Source: Octopus bimaculoides | Lineage: Eukaryota | Length of the DNA stretch: 40,809 nt | Direction of reading: 5' to 3' | Assembly (NCBI RefSeq): GCF_001194135.2 | Contig: NC_068983.1 | Location: 125,797,838 to 125,838,646, forward strand | In this document: positions 1-12,016 of the stretch, piece by piece | Numbering within the stretch: position 1 is the stretch's first letter | Layout of the letters: every line of letters starts with the position of its first letter | Translations under genes and position numbers: made by a program | The notes under the pieces: model-generated | Database searches by the model: none | Seen by the model: the letters and a program-made list of their open reading frames with translations, nothing else | What the model was told of the DNA's origin: nothing

Positions 1-59
1 TCTCTCTCTCTTTCTGTCTCTCTCTTTCTCTCTTTCTCTCTCTGTGAAAGTATCTGTCA

Positions 60-375
60 CTACAGTATCGAAATGTGATTGTTTCAGTTAGTGGAATAGT
101 TTCATTTTTAAAGTGAAATTATTTGACATGAGTGTTTTTGTTTCACTTTTGACACGTAATAGTGGAGGAGATATTATGTTGCCGTGTGCTCGAACTCTGC
201 AAGAAGTTAATAATTTTTTTTGACGAAAACACAACCGGAACCCTAAGTAAGGTATGTGTAAAATTTGAATGAAATTGGTTGCGTAGTTCTCGAGTTTTAG
301 GGATTCACACAGACAGACAGACAGACAGACAGACAGACGGACAGACAGACACATTCTCATTTTTATATATATAGA
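60..375 (-). mobile_element. 5' part of a non-autonomous Helitron-like (MINE/Lep1-type) element carrying an (ACAG)n microsatellite
   Basis: The minus strand begins A|TCTATATATATAAAAATGAGAATG(TGTC)n..., followed by the typical core seen on plus as AAATTTGAATGAAATTGGTTGCGTAGTTCTCGAG. No hairpin+CTAG 3' end is visible. Family assignment is from recalled architecture. Confidence 0.55.
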
Positions 376-469
376 TAAATATATATGTATGTATACATAC
401 ACACACACACACATATATATATACACATATGCATGTATTGTTATATATATATACATATGTATGTATTGT

Positions 470-504
<35 letters not shown>

Positions 505-585
505 GTATTGTTATATATATATATATATATATATATATGCATGTATGTATTGTTATTTATATATATATAGATAGATAGATAGTTG
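376..585. repeat. compound (AT)n/(AC)n/(GTAT) microsatellite with a repeated ATGTATGTATTGTTATATAT unit
   Basis: Read directly; it explains the I/Y/C-rich ORFs at 88..574. Confidence 0.9.
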
Positions 586-1240
586 GGGATGAAAGTCTGT
601 GTATGTCGGTGTAAGAAGGACTTACATGCAATATTAGTGCCATTTCACGTAATAATGTGTAACATTTTTACTGTACTAAAATCAATAATGCGTATATATA
701 AGTTACAGTGTAGATGAATAGTTTTAATGTCTGTGAATCTAGCCTTACACCTTGGATATATAAGTTCAATATATATAAATTTCTTTCATATCATATTCTT
801 TAGTTAATTGTAGAGGCTTTAATTATGAGTCAAAGTGAAGTTATATATAAAATATAAACTCAATCCACATTGCTTTCTTTATGCAACAGTGATAATTTCA
901 CGTGTATATATCTTCGAATTATATAGGGATACATGTGCAAACCGTGATATTGCGATCATGAATTCAATATCCTAATTTAGTTATTTAACAGGAAGTAAAA
1001 TTGACCTGCGCAATGTTCAAATGCGTTCGAACCCTTCTGTGATGAGAAACATCGGACTACATTATGCAATCCGCCCTTTTAAGATAATAGATTTTTGTAT
1101 GAAGGAGAATTTTCAAATGCTGTTTAACGTAGTTACTCTTATTTAGAATATATCTCCTGCATGCCATACGATTTAAAAGGATGCAGAAACTGATTCGTTA
1201 TCCCAAAAGAAATATTCGAAATTTCCCCAAGACCCTAACT

Positions 1241-1796
1241 CAACGAGCTGCTGCTGATTTGGTTTACTCATGATTGGTAGCTTCTTAGCAAGTCCGTCTG
1301 AAATCACCCCCAATAAAACAGACCGAACAATACATTGCTGATGGATTCGGCCGATTTTCTGCAGTTCTAGTCTTGAAATGGGTTTTTCTTCTTCGACATT
1401 CAACGGATGTCCCTAGCAGATATCCGTACTGAACAGCATCTTCTCAGTGTGTGCATTCACAATTGGTGTGCTGGTAGGGGAGATCCATGATTTTGAGTAT
1501 TGTAGAATCACATTTTAGTGACTATTCTTTCCACGTCCAATATAACCAGTAGTAGTAGCACTTGTTAGGATCCTAGCTATGGGCTGTATGCCTTGTGAAC
1601 CACTTGGAGTGAAGAACCCCTAGTTCTCGTTGGAATTTCCGCCTAGGAGAAGGAAAATCTGTATAAATAAACCTGAAATGCAATCAAATTCTGGCCGTCT
1701 CAACGCACGCTGCGCTACTGGTGTTATAGCTGATTAGGCTGAAAGTGGATCCTGTGCTGAAAACAAATTTACGCCTAGAAACCTTTTGGACTCTTG
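1241..1796. repeat. ~555-bp unclassified repeat, copy 1 (direct repeat of 5316..5891)
   Basis: Aligns by eye from CAACGAGCTGC to GGACTCTTG with 5316..5891 at roughly 90-95% identity; lacks a 19-nt segment present in copy 2. Confidence 0.9.
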
Positions 1797-3239
1797 GTAT
1801 ATTTGCATGATCTTACTATAGCAAGCTCAGCGCTAATGTATTGTTAGCGATGTGTTTACATTCCGATACATTGTACAGTTAGAAATTTATTACAAACAGC
1901 ATTTCAAATATTCTACAAAGCTATTGTGAATAGCTTCCTGACCTCAAGTTTCAGTTGGGTTTCACTACGTAACCATTGGCATTTTCGTGTAATTGAAAAA
2001 TTTGATTCTATCTGAAACATGGGTTTTATAATAACTGGGAAAATAATCAACCCTAAAGCATATTGAATTAAACTGTTTTTTTTTTTCTAGAAAACCACGG
2101 CTGATAAATAACATAATGGAAGCGGAAACAAACGCAAGTGTTGTATATCTTAAACAAAGATTTGAACAAAGGAAACATTATTAAATGTAAGTAAGAAAGA
2201 AAAACACAGCTGAGGTTGCGTAGGTCAGAAGCAGCTCGCCAATATATTATATTATGAAGAGACGTATTTCACTAATGAACAAGTATGTTATCATTTAGGC
2301 ATTGTTTTAATGCATGTCTAATTTTCCTGATGATATATAGAATGTTGTAAAGTTTTTCTTGGCTTGTTTATTAAGTGCAAATTTTTGTGGTACAGGGAAT
2401 TAGTAAGAAAATATTGGAGGTATGCAACTTTTGCGTGTTCCAGCATTTAATAAACTGTCATTCTGCGAGATTGAGAGAATCAATGGTATATAACATATAA
2501 ACGGATTAAGTTTAACTGTATCCTGATTATAGATATGGAAACTTTAACTTTGTAATGATGCCTGAAATTTATGCTGCCGAATTCCATTACTGAAAATATA
2601 AAATAATACATCAAATATATGTATAAAGAAGAAAAATTACGAATTTGAAAGTACTATATGTTATACGAACATAATCGTATATTACCCCATTACATCATAT
2701 TGAAAGAACGGAAAATAATATCAACGAGGAAAATGTACTCGTTTATCGTCGTTTAAGTATAACGAATATAATTAGGGATGACGGTGTATGATCTTCCTCT
2801 CACTATCACATTTCTTTGATATTCTAAGCCACGTCTTGATGTCGCTTCAGATAATATATCCAAGTAGAATCACCAGATCCTACAAGTCCATCATAAAACT
2901 TTCATTATCAGCGTCGCATTCCTGTTAGCATATCATAGCGCCGTAATACCTTATGTTTCTTACAGATCACACAAATATTTCAGTTTCGAAAATTATACAT
3001 GGACAGAACAGATAAAAAAACATATTTGAAAGAGCTCATGCTAAGGTTAATGGCAGAAACTGCATATATAAGTTCTTTTTCTGGTTATAACATATATACT
3101 TTAAAAGTAGATAGCTTTCATATAATAACAATAGCAATATCAGCGTCTATGAAGGAAAATACATTTCATATTAATTAGGGATGCAAGGACAATGAAGTAT
3201 TTGATTATCACAATTAATCGATTCGAGATATTTAATATT

Positions 3240-3760
3240 CCGTGTTCGCAAGTCTAGTTAAAACACATTTATGTATCTCAGGCGGCGAAATCCCTGCTGC
3301 TTGGTGCCGTATGTTAGCTTTGAGTAGACTATTGGTTACGCGATTTCTTGATCCTTGTTCACTCGCTTATATTGGAAGAATTTTCTTCGAAGTCAATAAG
3401 TTTCACTTATTTCTGGGAAACTCTGTTTCCGACCTAAGTTTCCTAGGTGACGGTAGTGATCTGTTACACCGTTCTCGTGACAAATGCAACCTGTAATTTC
3501 CCCGTATTTTTATTAGTATCCATGTCTCTAAACAGTGCAATACAAAAGATTATTATATTTCTTTGTACAATTTACACTGCACTTGAACCCACTGGTATTC
3601 TTCATGCTCAATATTGGTCGTACCAGCCTAGACTTGCACATCGTACAGGAATGTCTGTTACTGAAACTTTCATCACCAAAGCTTTTACTACCCAGGTAAA
3701 TAGAGTTGCTTCTCTAGCGTCTGCTTTGTAATTGTCGACAGCCCATATTGTACCACTTGA
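3240..3760 (-). mobile_element. highly degenerate RTE-type LINE fragment (C-terminal RT region)
   Basis: Frameshifted minus-strand translation gives SIYLGSK, LLY..ETW and PIVYSKLTYGTKQQGFRRLRY, resembling the RTE motifs FxYLGS, LLYGxETW and LLYGELxxGKRxxGRxxLRY. Confidence 0.5.
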
Positions 3761-4113
3761 TTCTTTGAGGCCTCATTACTACACAACCTCGGGCATCCAG
3801 GTGTAGATACTTGAATTTAGATTTGTGGGTGCACTGACAAGAATAAAGAACGGGCTCTGCATTTCCCATTCCTATGGAAACATAGGCACATTTGTTTGCA
3901 ATCGCATTCCTTTCATTAACGTAAATGTGATCTTAGTTGAAGTTTAAAACGTGACAACCTAGACATAGAACATTGCGGCTTGTTCCTGCGTGTTCATATA
4001 TGCGTTTATATATATGTGTGTTTGTGTGCGCGTGTGTATGTATGTATGTATGTATGTATGTATGTATGTATGTACGTATGATATATGTCTGTCTGTCTAT
4101 CTCTGTCTCTCTC

Positions 4114-4156
<43 letters not shown>

Positions 4157-4606
4157 TAACAGTTGAGGGAACCCGTGGAAGAGNNNNNNNNNNNNNNNNN
4201 NNNNNNNNNNNNNNNNNNNNNNNNNNNNNNNNNNNNNNNNNNNNNNNNNNNNNNNNNNNNNNNNNNNNNNNNNNNNNNNNNNNNNNNNNNNNNNNNNNNN
4301 NNNNNNNNNNNNNNNNNNNNNNNNNNNNNNNNNNNNNNNNNNNNNNNNNNNNNNNNNNNNNNNNNNNNNNNNNNNNNNNNNNNNNNNNNNNNNNNNNNNN
4401 NNNNNNNNNNNNNNNNNNNNNNNNNNNNNNNNNNNNNNNNNNNNNNNNNNNNNNNNNNNNNNNNNNNNNNNNNNNNNNNNNNNNNNNNNNNNNNNNNNNN
4501 NNNNNNNNNNNNNNNNNNNNNNNNNNNNNNNNNNNNNNNNNNNNNNNNNNNNNNNNNNNNNNNNNNNNNNNNNNNNNNNNNNNNNNNNNNNNNNNNNNNN
4601 NNNNNN

Positions 4607-4803
4607 GGGTGACACGTAAAAGCACCCACTACACTCTCTGAGTGGTTGGCGTTAGGAAGGGCATCCAGCTGTAGAAACTCTGCCAAATCAGACTGGAGCC
4701 TGGTGTTGCCATCCGGTTTCACCAGTCCTCAGTCAAATCGTCCAACCCATGCTAGCATGGAAAGCGGACGTTAAACGATGATGATGATGATGATGATGAT
4801 GAT
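4607..4803 (+). mobile_element. RTE-type 3' tail of a SINE or LINE ending in (GAT)n; 5' part lost in the gap
   Basis: GTTGGCGTTAGGAAGGGCATCCAGCTGTAGAAAC...AACCCATGCTAGCATGGAAAGCGGACGTTAAAC followed by (GAT)n; the tandem-repeat tail is characteristic of RTE-mobilised elements. Confidence 0.65.
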
Positions 4804-5315
4804 ATATATATATATATATATATAGGAGAATTTACGAAAAAAAAAACAGTGTTTAATGTTGCGCAACATTAAACACACTGGATGCGGCTTGCTAAAGAAT
4901 TGCTTCGAATTTTCAGTCCAGATTGTTTTAGGGCCTCATAGATGTTGTGGTAGGGGAGACTGTATTCCTAAGCAAACCTTCCTAGAAACAGGTGTAGGAT
5001 CCGACGTCCCGAATAACCAAGATATTTTGAGTAGGCTACCATTACACATAGGCTGCCAGTGTGCAGGATCAAACGTGCATATTCTAAGAAAGCTAGTTCT
5101 ATTTCCATTGGCCTTATCCCATCAATATATATCTTTTTAACTAAAATAATTTAAATAAAATGTTTGGGAAATCGTAATAGTAAGAAATAGAATAATTCAT
5201 GGATTTGTTTTTAGTCGATCACAGTTTGCCAGAAAGTAACCCGCACTCTATGGTTTCAAGATAGCACTTTGCGACACATGTGGTGTAAGACAGACAGTAT
5301 GTGATTATAACAACC

Positions 5316-5891
5316 CAACGAGCTGCGGCTGATTCGGTTTACTCATGAATCCGAGCTTCTTAGCAAGTCCGTCTGAAGTCACCCCCAGTAAAACAGACCA
5401 GACAATAAATTGCTGATGGATTCGGCCGATTTTCTGCAGTTCTAGTCTTCAAATGGATTCCTCTTCTTCGACATTCAAAGGATGTCCCTAGCAGATATCC
5501 CTACTGGACAGCATCTTTCTCAGTGTCTGCATTCGCAATTGGTGTGCTGGTAGAGGAGTTCCATGATTTTGAGTAGTGTAGAATCACATTTTAGTGACTA
5601 TTCTTTCCACGTCCAATATAACCAGTAGTAGTAGCACTTGTTAGGATCCTAGCTATGGGTTGTATGCCATGTGAACCACTTCGAGTGAAGAACCCCTAGT
5701 TCTCGTTGGAATTTCCTCCTAGGAGAAGGAAAATCTGTATAAATAAACCTGAAATGCAATCAAATTCTGGCCGTCTCAACGCACGCTGCGCTACTGGTGT
5801 TATAGCTGATTTGGCTGAAAGGGAATCCTATGCTGTGTAACAGTTTATTCACTGAAAACAAATTTACGCCTAGAAACCTCTTGGACTCTTG
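5316..5891. repeat. ~575-bp unclassified repeat, copy 2 (direct repeat of 1241..1796)
   Basis: Same sequence as copy 1 plus the extra CTGTGTAACAGTTTATTCA. Confidence 0.9.
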
Positions 5892-6019
5892 TTACAGTTG
5901 AAAAAGGGAATGTAAGTATCTTCATTGATTATAACAGCAGTGAAAACCGGGTCCACGTTTAGCTTTTTCCTGCGAATAAAATCTTCCGTTTCAATTTTTG
6001 AAATTACAATTCTCTCAAA

Positions 6020-6153
6020 TTTTGCCAAGGTCGACTTTGCCATTTATAATTTCGGGCCCAATATTACAAGTACCAGGTGAGGACTGAAGTCGATGTAATC
6101 GACTTACCTGCTTCCCCGAAGTTGCTGGTCTTGTGTCAAAATTTAAAACCAAT
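6020..6153 (+). mobile_element. degenerate 3' half of SINE family A
   Basis: AGGTCGACTTTGCC...AAGTACCAG...GTCGATGTAATCGACTTA...GCTGGTCTTGTGTCAAAATTTAAAACCAAT matches the copies at 8148 and 17465. Confidence 0.55.
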
Positions 6154-6579
6154 TTTACAATTTTTTAACAGACGTTTGTTGTATTCTGTCTGTTTACATT
6201 TCAAGAGTCTTCAACAGTGAACTTACCTCGACCTTATAATTTTTGTCATCTTTTCCAATATGTTTACTATAACAGAATATTGAAACTAGACAGAAAAAAA
6301 CATCGGTAATAATGGACTTTAGATCGAATGAAACATCTTAGATTAGATTCAAATTAGATTTCATCTCTTTAATTACCCATCATATGCAAGCAATTAATTA
6401 TAGAGATATAACGCAGCATCTTGTTTGCTTCAAAAGGGTGTTTTACTGCGTGGTTTCAAGACTATAAATCTAACTTGGGACATGCTGAGGCATCGCCTTG
6501 AAGAATTTTATTCAAACTTGGAACAGTTCTATATTTAAGAGATGAGGAATTATGTACATTATTTACAATAATGCTAGAA

Positions 6580-7073
6580 ATTTCTAGAAATAATAGCCAA
6601 ACTGGTCTAAAGCTGTATTTAAGGCACCGGAATGAAAACACATACATTAACATGGACCATAATTGTCCGAAAAATACCGAACGAGAATTCTTAAGACTGA
6701 CGTTAGTTTTGGCAGTTTTCATTGTCTTCATCAGTGAAACTCTTTTCGGACCTGTTTCTCTATTCGTATATGTATTTTCGTCATTCAAATTAATGGATGA
6801 TTTAGCGATTCGCTTATGTGTTTTACATAAAATTAATATAAACAACAGGTGACAATGTTTCATCGAAAGCGAGAATTATATACTAAGAGAAACAGTTCAG
6901 GCAAAAGACCTGGCTTAAGAGATGATGGCAACGGAAATTTTTGAAACTAACATTAGTTTTAAGAATTCATGGTCGGAATTGTTTGGACAATTATGATCCC
7001 TATTAGTGTATATGTTTTCATTCATGTGCGTTTACTACATCATTAGAGTATTTTAGCTCCTATTTCTAGAAAT
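6580..7073. repeat. large imperfect inverted repeat (foldback/MITE-like): arms of ~200 bp, spacer of ~90 bp
   Basis: 6580..6780 is the reverse complement of ~6870..7073; the core 6630..6709 versus 6944..7023 aligns ungapped with 14 mismatches in 80 nt. Confidence 0.8.
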
Positions 7074-7147
7074 GTAGGTGTTTTTTAACACTCTAGTCGC
7101 ATTTATTGACAATTATATACATACATATATATAATAATAATATTATA

Positions 7148-7182
<35 letters not shown>

Positions 7183-8147
7183 CATCGTCAGTAAATCATA
7201 AATCTGACCAATAAGTACGCACTAAGTAATAGGCCAGTTGAGTATTTTAATAAAGATGGAAATGGCGGGTTTATGGGGTTACCTGTGCATTTACGTCCGT
7301 AAACCACTGAGCTTCACTGCATTTCTTCACACACTAAACCATTCGGCCTTTGGTCTGTACATATATACGGCCTACATACACATTCTAGTTACAATAGAGA
7401 ACGTGGGAATTGAAATGAATGTTCGTATTCCTATGTGAACAATATTAGAGCTCCTTCAGATTTTATCTGAAAAGCATATAGTAAGATACTACGTTAAACT
7501 GTAATGTTCATTGCTTACTTTGACTGGGTCAACTTTAACTTGATCTCTCTTAAACAAAATGCACGATTATCATTTACTGTGGTGTTTATTTTTGCTATTT
7601 TCCTTGAGAATATTCACTTACATGTTTTCGCTCTTTAAAAATCACATGTGAATTTTCAACTTTGGGCTATAGAATTACTTTGCTACTGTACTTGTTTGAT
7701 TTGTCAGAATTCTTCGCAAATGTGGTCAATAACGGTGTAATTTTACAAAACAGGCAGTGGTAGATTGTATTAGAACATCAAGATCTACTTGAATTACCGT
7801 AGAACCATTATTTGCGTTTTGTAGTTTTTTATTTTTCTTCAGAGGTTACTTTTTATTGTATCTTTTATTTTCCGCGTATTATAAGGGAAGAACAAGCATT
7901 TAGGTGACACAAAGCTTTTCTTTTCTAATGAAGCATACGTGTCAGTATTAATTCAGTTTAAAGACGTTTTTATTTCAAGGGGAAAAAAATTCGAACATTT
8001 CAATTAGAAGCATAACGTGAAGTGATGAGTTAGCAAATGATATACAATATGTCCTTCTCGTTACCGTGCTTCCTCTAACTTGCGATTCCAAGATAGGCAC
8101 TCCAACCTACTACTATTAATCGATAATGATTTCTGCTTTCATTATCC

Positions 8148-8358
8148 GGTGAGCTGGCAGAATATTTGGCACGTCGGATAAAATTTTTTGCTGTATTTCG
8201 TTCGCTTTCACGTTCTGAGTTAAAATTCTGCCGACGTCGGCATTACCCTTCATCCATTCGAGGTCGATAAAATATGTACCAGTTTAGCACTGGGGTCGAT
8301 TTAATCGATTACACACTCACTCGAAACTGCTGGCCATGTACAAAAATTTGAAACCAAT
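8148..8358 (+). mobile_element. tRNA-derived SINE family A (central domain resembling the Nin/Deu type)
   Basis: GGTGAGCTGGCAGAAT head (A-box-like), GAGTTAAAATTC (B-box-like), core CCTTCATCCATTCGAGGTCGATAAAATATGTACCAG...CTGGGGTCGATTTAATCGA; homologous to four other copies in the window. Confidence 0.75.
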
Positions 8359-8706
8359 ATTGTCTTCATTCTGGTGTAAACTTTTAGGATTTCACATATT
8401 TTGCCTTTTGATGTCTGTTACCCATTGTTTTTAAATTTCATGATTTAAAGAAACTTATATATATTGTTTTAAATGAAGCGGGATGATTGCCTTCGATCTT
8501 TCGCAGATGAGGTGACCTGTTCGAGCTTCCATTGGGAGGTAGAATAATTGAAATGCACTTAACGAATGGTTTGCTATAAACGACGGTAGTGATGTTTTGG
8601 TGGAAAATCTAGTTTTCTCCTCACACAAGAGTCTCGATGCAATTACAAGATCGAATATAGATCGCAGTCAAATTCCATTATTAAAATACTTATTTCATCT
8701 GAACAG

Positions 8707-8707
<1 letters not shown>

Positions 8708-8738
<31 letters not shown>

Positions 8739-8780
8739 GCAGCAGCAACAACAGCAACAACAACAACAACAGCAGCAGCA
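8708..8780. repeat. (CAA/CAG)n trinucleotide microsatellite
   Basis: Read directly. Confidence 0.9.
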
Positions 8781-9727
8781 AATTTACCTGTTACAAACAT
8801 TTTACAATTAACACGAACAGAAATAAAAGAAACGCCTCGGCGAGTATCGCACACCAACCACGAAGAAATACTGTAAAAGCATTTATGTTTACGTATACAT
8901 ATTTACATACATACATACATGCATGTTTACATACACACATACATACATGCTCATATATATGGGTATGTACAAATACAGATTGCTACATACACAAGTACAC
9001 TATACTCATAAGAACATGCATAATTAAGTATACATACGTACACACACACACACACACACACACACTCCCGCGCACGCACATATGTATGTATATATGTGTA
9101 TATACATACACACACACATATATATATATAGATATATGCATATATATATATATNNNNNNNNNNATATATATATATATATATACACATACACATATACAAC
9201 TGTGTATGTATATATTTGCGTATGCGTATGCCAGTCCTAGTTTTAATGCATAGAGAAGACATTAACATACTCTATAGTCGTGATCTCCCACAGTAAGAAA
9301 GCGCTACATATAAAGAGCTGATACTATAGATAAGTATTATGTTCAGGTAAAGCATAGAATTGCTGTAGTGCATAAAAATGGTAAGAATATGCTATTCATG
9401 AAAATGACATGTATTAAACGTCAAAGCATTTTCACGAAATAAAGGAGCCAATGTAAGGTTAAACGTTCACTATTTGTTTTCTCATGTCACTTGTGAGCTT
9501 AGTTGTGTATACGGAATTTGGAAGATCGTAAATTCAATCATGAATTCTGACGTTATGTGCCAGCTGTTCATGCAGAAAATATTGGATTATTCAAAACATG
9601 TGACAAACTCCTCTCTATTAGTGAGTTGTTCAGTTGCTTGTACTTATTCATGGTTTTTGTATAGAATATTATTTGCATAATGCCTAAAGTGTAAATATTG
9701 GAAGAGAAAAATATGCTTTGGCATAGA

Positions 9728-9854
9728 CAGCAATTCCTCGACTATCGCGGGTGTTACGTTTCAAACCGCACCCCCACCGCGATAGGTAAAATCCCACGAA
9801 GTAGAAACAGTACTCTACTGTATAATTTTTATAATTATTTTTATAATTTGCATA
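9728..9854 (+). mobile_element. left part of a pogo/Tigger-like MITE, apparently interrupted by the mariner
   Basis: Begins CAGCAATTCCTCGACTATCGCGGG and contains ACCGCGATAGGT; a related AAATCGCGAGAGGTGGATCACGATATA follows the mariner at 11181..11207. Confidence 0.4.
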
Positions 9855-9856
9855 TA

Positions 9857-11119
9857 TCAGGTCGAGTATAAAGTAAGTAGTTTTGCACTATGAAGAAATG
9901 GTACCGGATTCTTGCAGAGATGTGAATTTCTTTTAAACAATTTTCTTTGCAATTGTCTGATAATACAGACTCGCACAAATGCATCAATAATATAACATTG
10001 ATATTTTTTTCACCGCTGTTACAATCATCTGAAATGGAACTGTCAAAGCGCGATATTCGAGCAATTTTGCTATACAACTTCAAAAAGGGACGTAAAGCAG
10101 CTGAAACTGGTCGCGATATCAACGAACTGTTTGGTGAGAAAATGACCAGTCAGTGGTCAGCTCGAATAGGGTTTAAACAATTTTGCAGTAGAGTCCTGAG
10201 CCTTGAAGGTCGTGAGTGTAGTGGACACCCATCTGTCATCGATGACGGTCAATTAAAGACAGTCGTTGAGAACGATCCATGTAAAACCACTCGAGAACTG
10301 GCAAAAGAACTTCAATTTAGCCAGAAAACTGCCTATAAAATTTGCATGCGATCGCAAAAGAAAAAAATTCACGACAAATGGGGACCGCAGGATTTGAATG
10401 AAAATCGGAAAATGCGTAGATATGAAATTTGTTCGGCGTTTCTTCTTCTCGGCCGTATTATAGATTGCGATAACAAGTGGATTCTGTAAAATTATAAAAA
10501 ATGTTCTTCGCAGTGGTTGGACCAAACTGAAGCACCGAAAACCTTCCCAAAACACCAGCTCTTCAAAAAGAAGGTTATGGTGACTGTTTGGTGGTGTACT
10601 GCTTCACTCATGTACTACTATAACTTCTTAAAACCCAGAAAAAACCATTACTGTAGAAATATATTGCCATGAAATTGCCAAAATGTGTGAAAAACTGATA
10701 ATCCTCCGTCTCAGACTGGTCAACAGAAGGGAGCCAATCATTTTTCATGATAATGCACGACCACACGTTTCACTGATGACGCTCAAGAATTTGTGGAAAC
10801 TTGACTATGAAGTTCTTCTTAACTCAGCTTATTCCCCAGATTCTTTTCCTACCGACTACCACTTTTTGAAGCACCTTGATGGTTTACTGCGGGAAAAGAA
10901 GTAGTTAAAAATCAAACCAATGCTGAAATTGCTTTCAAAGAGTTTCGCAGGTCCAGAACTCCAAATGTTTACGTTACCGGAATAAACAAACTTGTAGCTC
11001 GTAGGTAAATTTGTGTTGATTGTAGTGGTAGTATTTTGGTAAATAAAATTTCCGCATTGTTGAAATATATTGTGATGGTTTCGTGTTTCAAAACGTTGCT
11101 TACTTTTTACTCAGCCTGA
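9857..11119 (+). mobile_element. full-length (1263 bp) decayed mariner DNA transposon
   Basis: Left end TA|TCAGGTCGAGTATAAAGTAAG; the right end reverse-complements to TA|TCAGGCTGAGTAAAAAGTAAG. TA duplication at 9855-9856 and 11120-11121; transposase remnants lie between. Confidence 0.9.
10034..11043 (+). pseudogene. mariner transposase pseudogene (D,D34D)
   Basis: MELSKRDIRAILLYNFKKGRKAAET HTH, WGPQDL (WVPHEL-like), CDNKW, HDNARPH and YSPDSFPTDYH with exactly 34 residues between the last two Asp. Premature stop at 10487..10489 plus frameshifts. Confidence 0.88.
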
Positions 11120-11814
11120 TACTTATTTTAGTTTAAATTTAAAACAACACGACGGAGGAATCGACGTAAGCATAACTAATAAATCGCGAGAGGTGGATCA
11201 CGATATACAAATAAACCCCTATTCCATTATGCTGGCACCGTCTAATGATGCTGACTAGTGACCTAGTCAGTTAATGCATCTAGTGGCGCATGAAATGTTT
11301 TTAAATTCCTTCCAAGTATTATTCTTATATATGTGTATATAAAATTTAGAATGATTTCTAATTGTGTAATAAAACTATGCATATACATACATATATACAT
11401 ACATATATGTATACGCATGCGTGTGTCTATATCATTTTAATCATTTCAATGTAGAGTTAATCTTAATCAGCCATCTCCTTAGTAGCAAGGTTGTAACGTA
11501 GAGGATCTTATATTTGTATTGACTCAAATATCGTGTTAATTTGTAGCATAGGAATTAAAGAGTCGCCCTTGCATCCTCCTAAACTCAAATTTAAACACAA
11601 GACAGAGCTGATGGGGGCAATCAAATGACAGAAACAAGTAAATAAATAAAAGAATACCTTCCTCCAGGCGATTTGGGACGTATTCTGTTGCTTCAATAAG
11701 AATAGGTGTAAAACTGAAAATGTATCTTGGTGAGAAGATATTCCTAAGTAATTATGCATGTGCACATGTGTGTATGGCGTGGTGATCATATATTTATGAT
11801 TAAATATTTGCTAA

Positions 11815-12016
11815 GGCAGCAAGCTGGCAGAAGCGTTAGCACATCGGACGAAATGCTTAGCGGCATTATCGCTTTGAGTTCAAATTCCACCGCGGTCAAA
11901 TTTGCCTTTCATTCTTTCGGGGTCGATAAAATAAGTACCATCTGCATACTGGGGTGGATGAAATCGAATATTCCTTTCCCCAATTTTCAGGCCTTGTGCC
12001 CATTGTAGAAAAGATT
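11815..12016 (+). mobile_element. SINE family A copy
   Basis: GGCAGCAAGCTGGCAGAAGCGTTAGCAC...GAGTTCAAATTCC...GCCTTTCATTCTTTCGGGGTCGATAAAATAAGTACC. Confidence 0.78.

Noticed and set aside
1241-5891. LTR retrotransposon bounded by the two direct repeats
   Set aside because: No TG...CA termini, PBS, PPT, TSD or gag/pol remnants; the interior is unrelated decayed repeats.
6690-6745. Second hammerhead candidate (minus strand CUGAUGA-AGACAAU-GAAA)
   Set aside because: No helix II pairing, an extra A in the core and no helix I complementarity.
8593-8810. PolyQ/polyN coding exon
   Set aside because: The Q frame has no ATG or clear splice sites and the N frame runs into microsatellite; best explained as a trinucleotide repeat.
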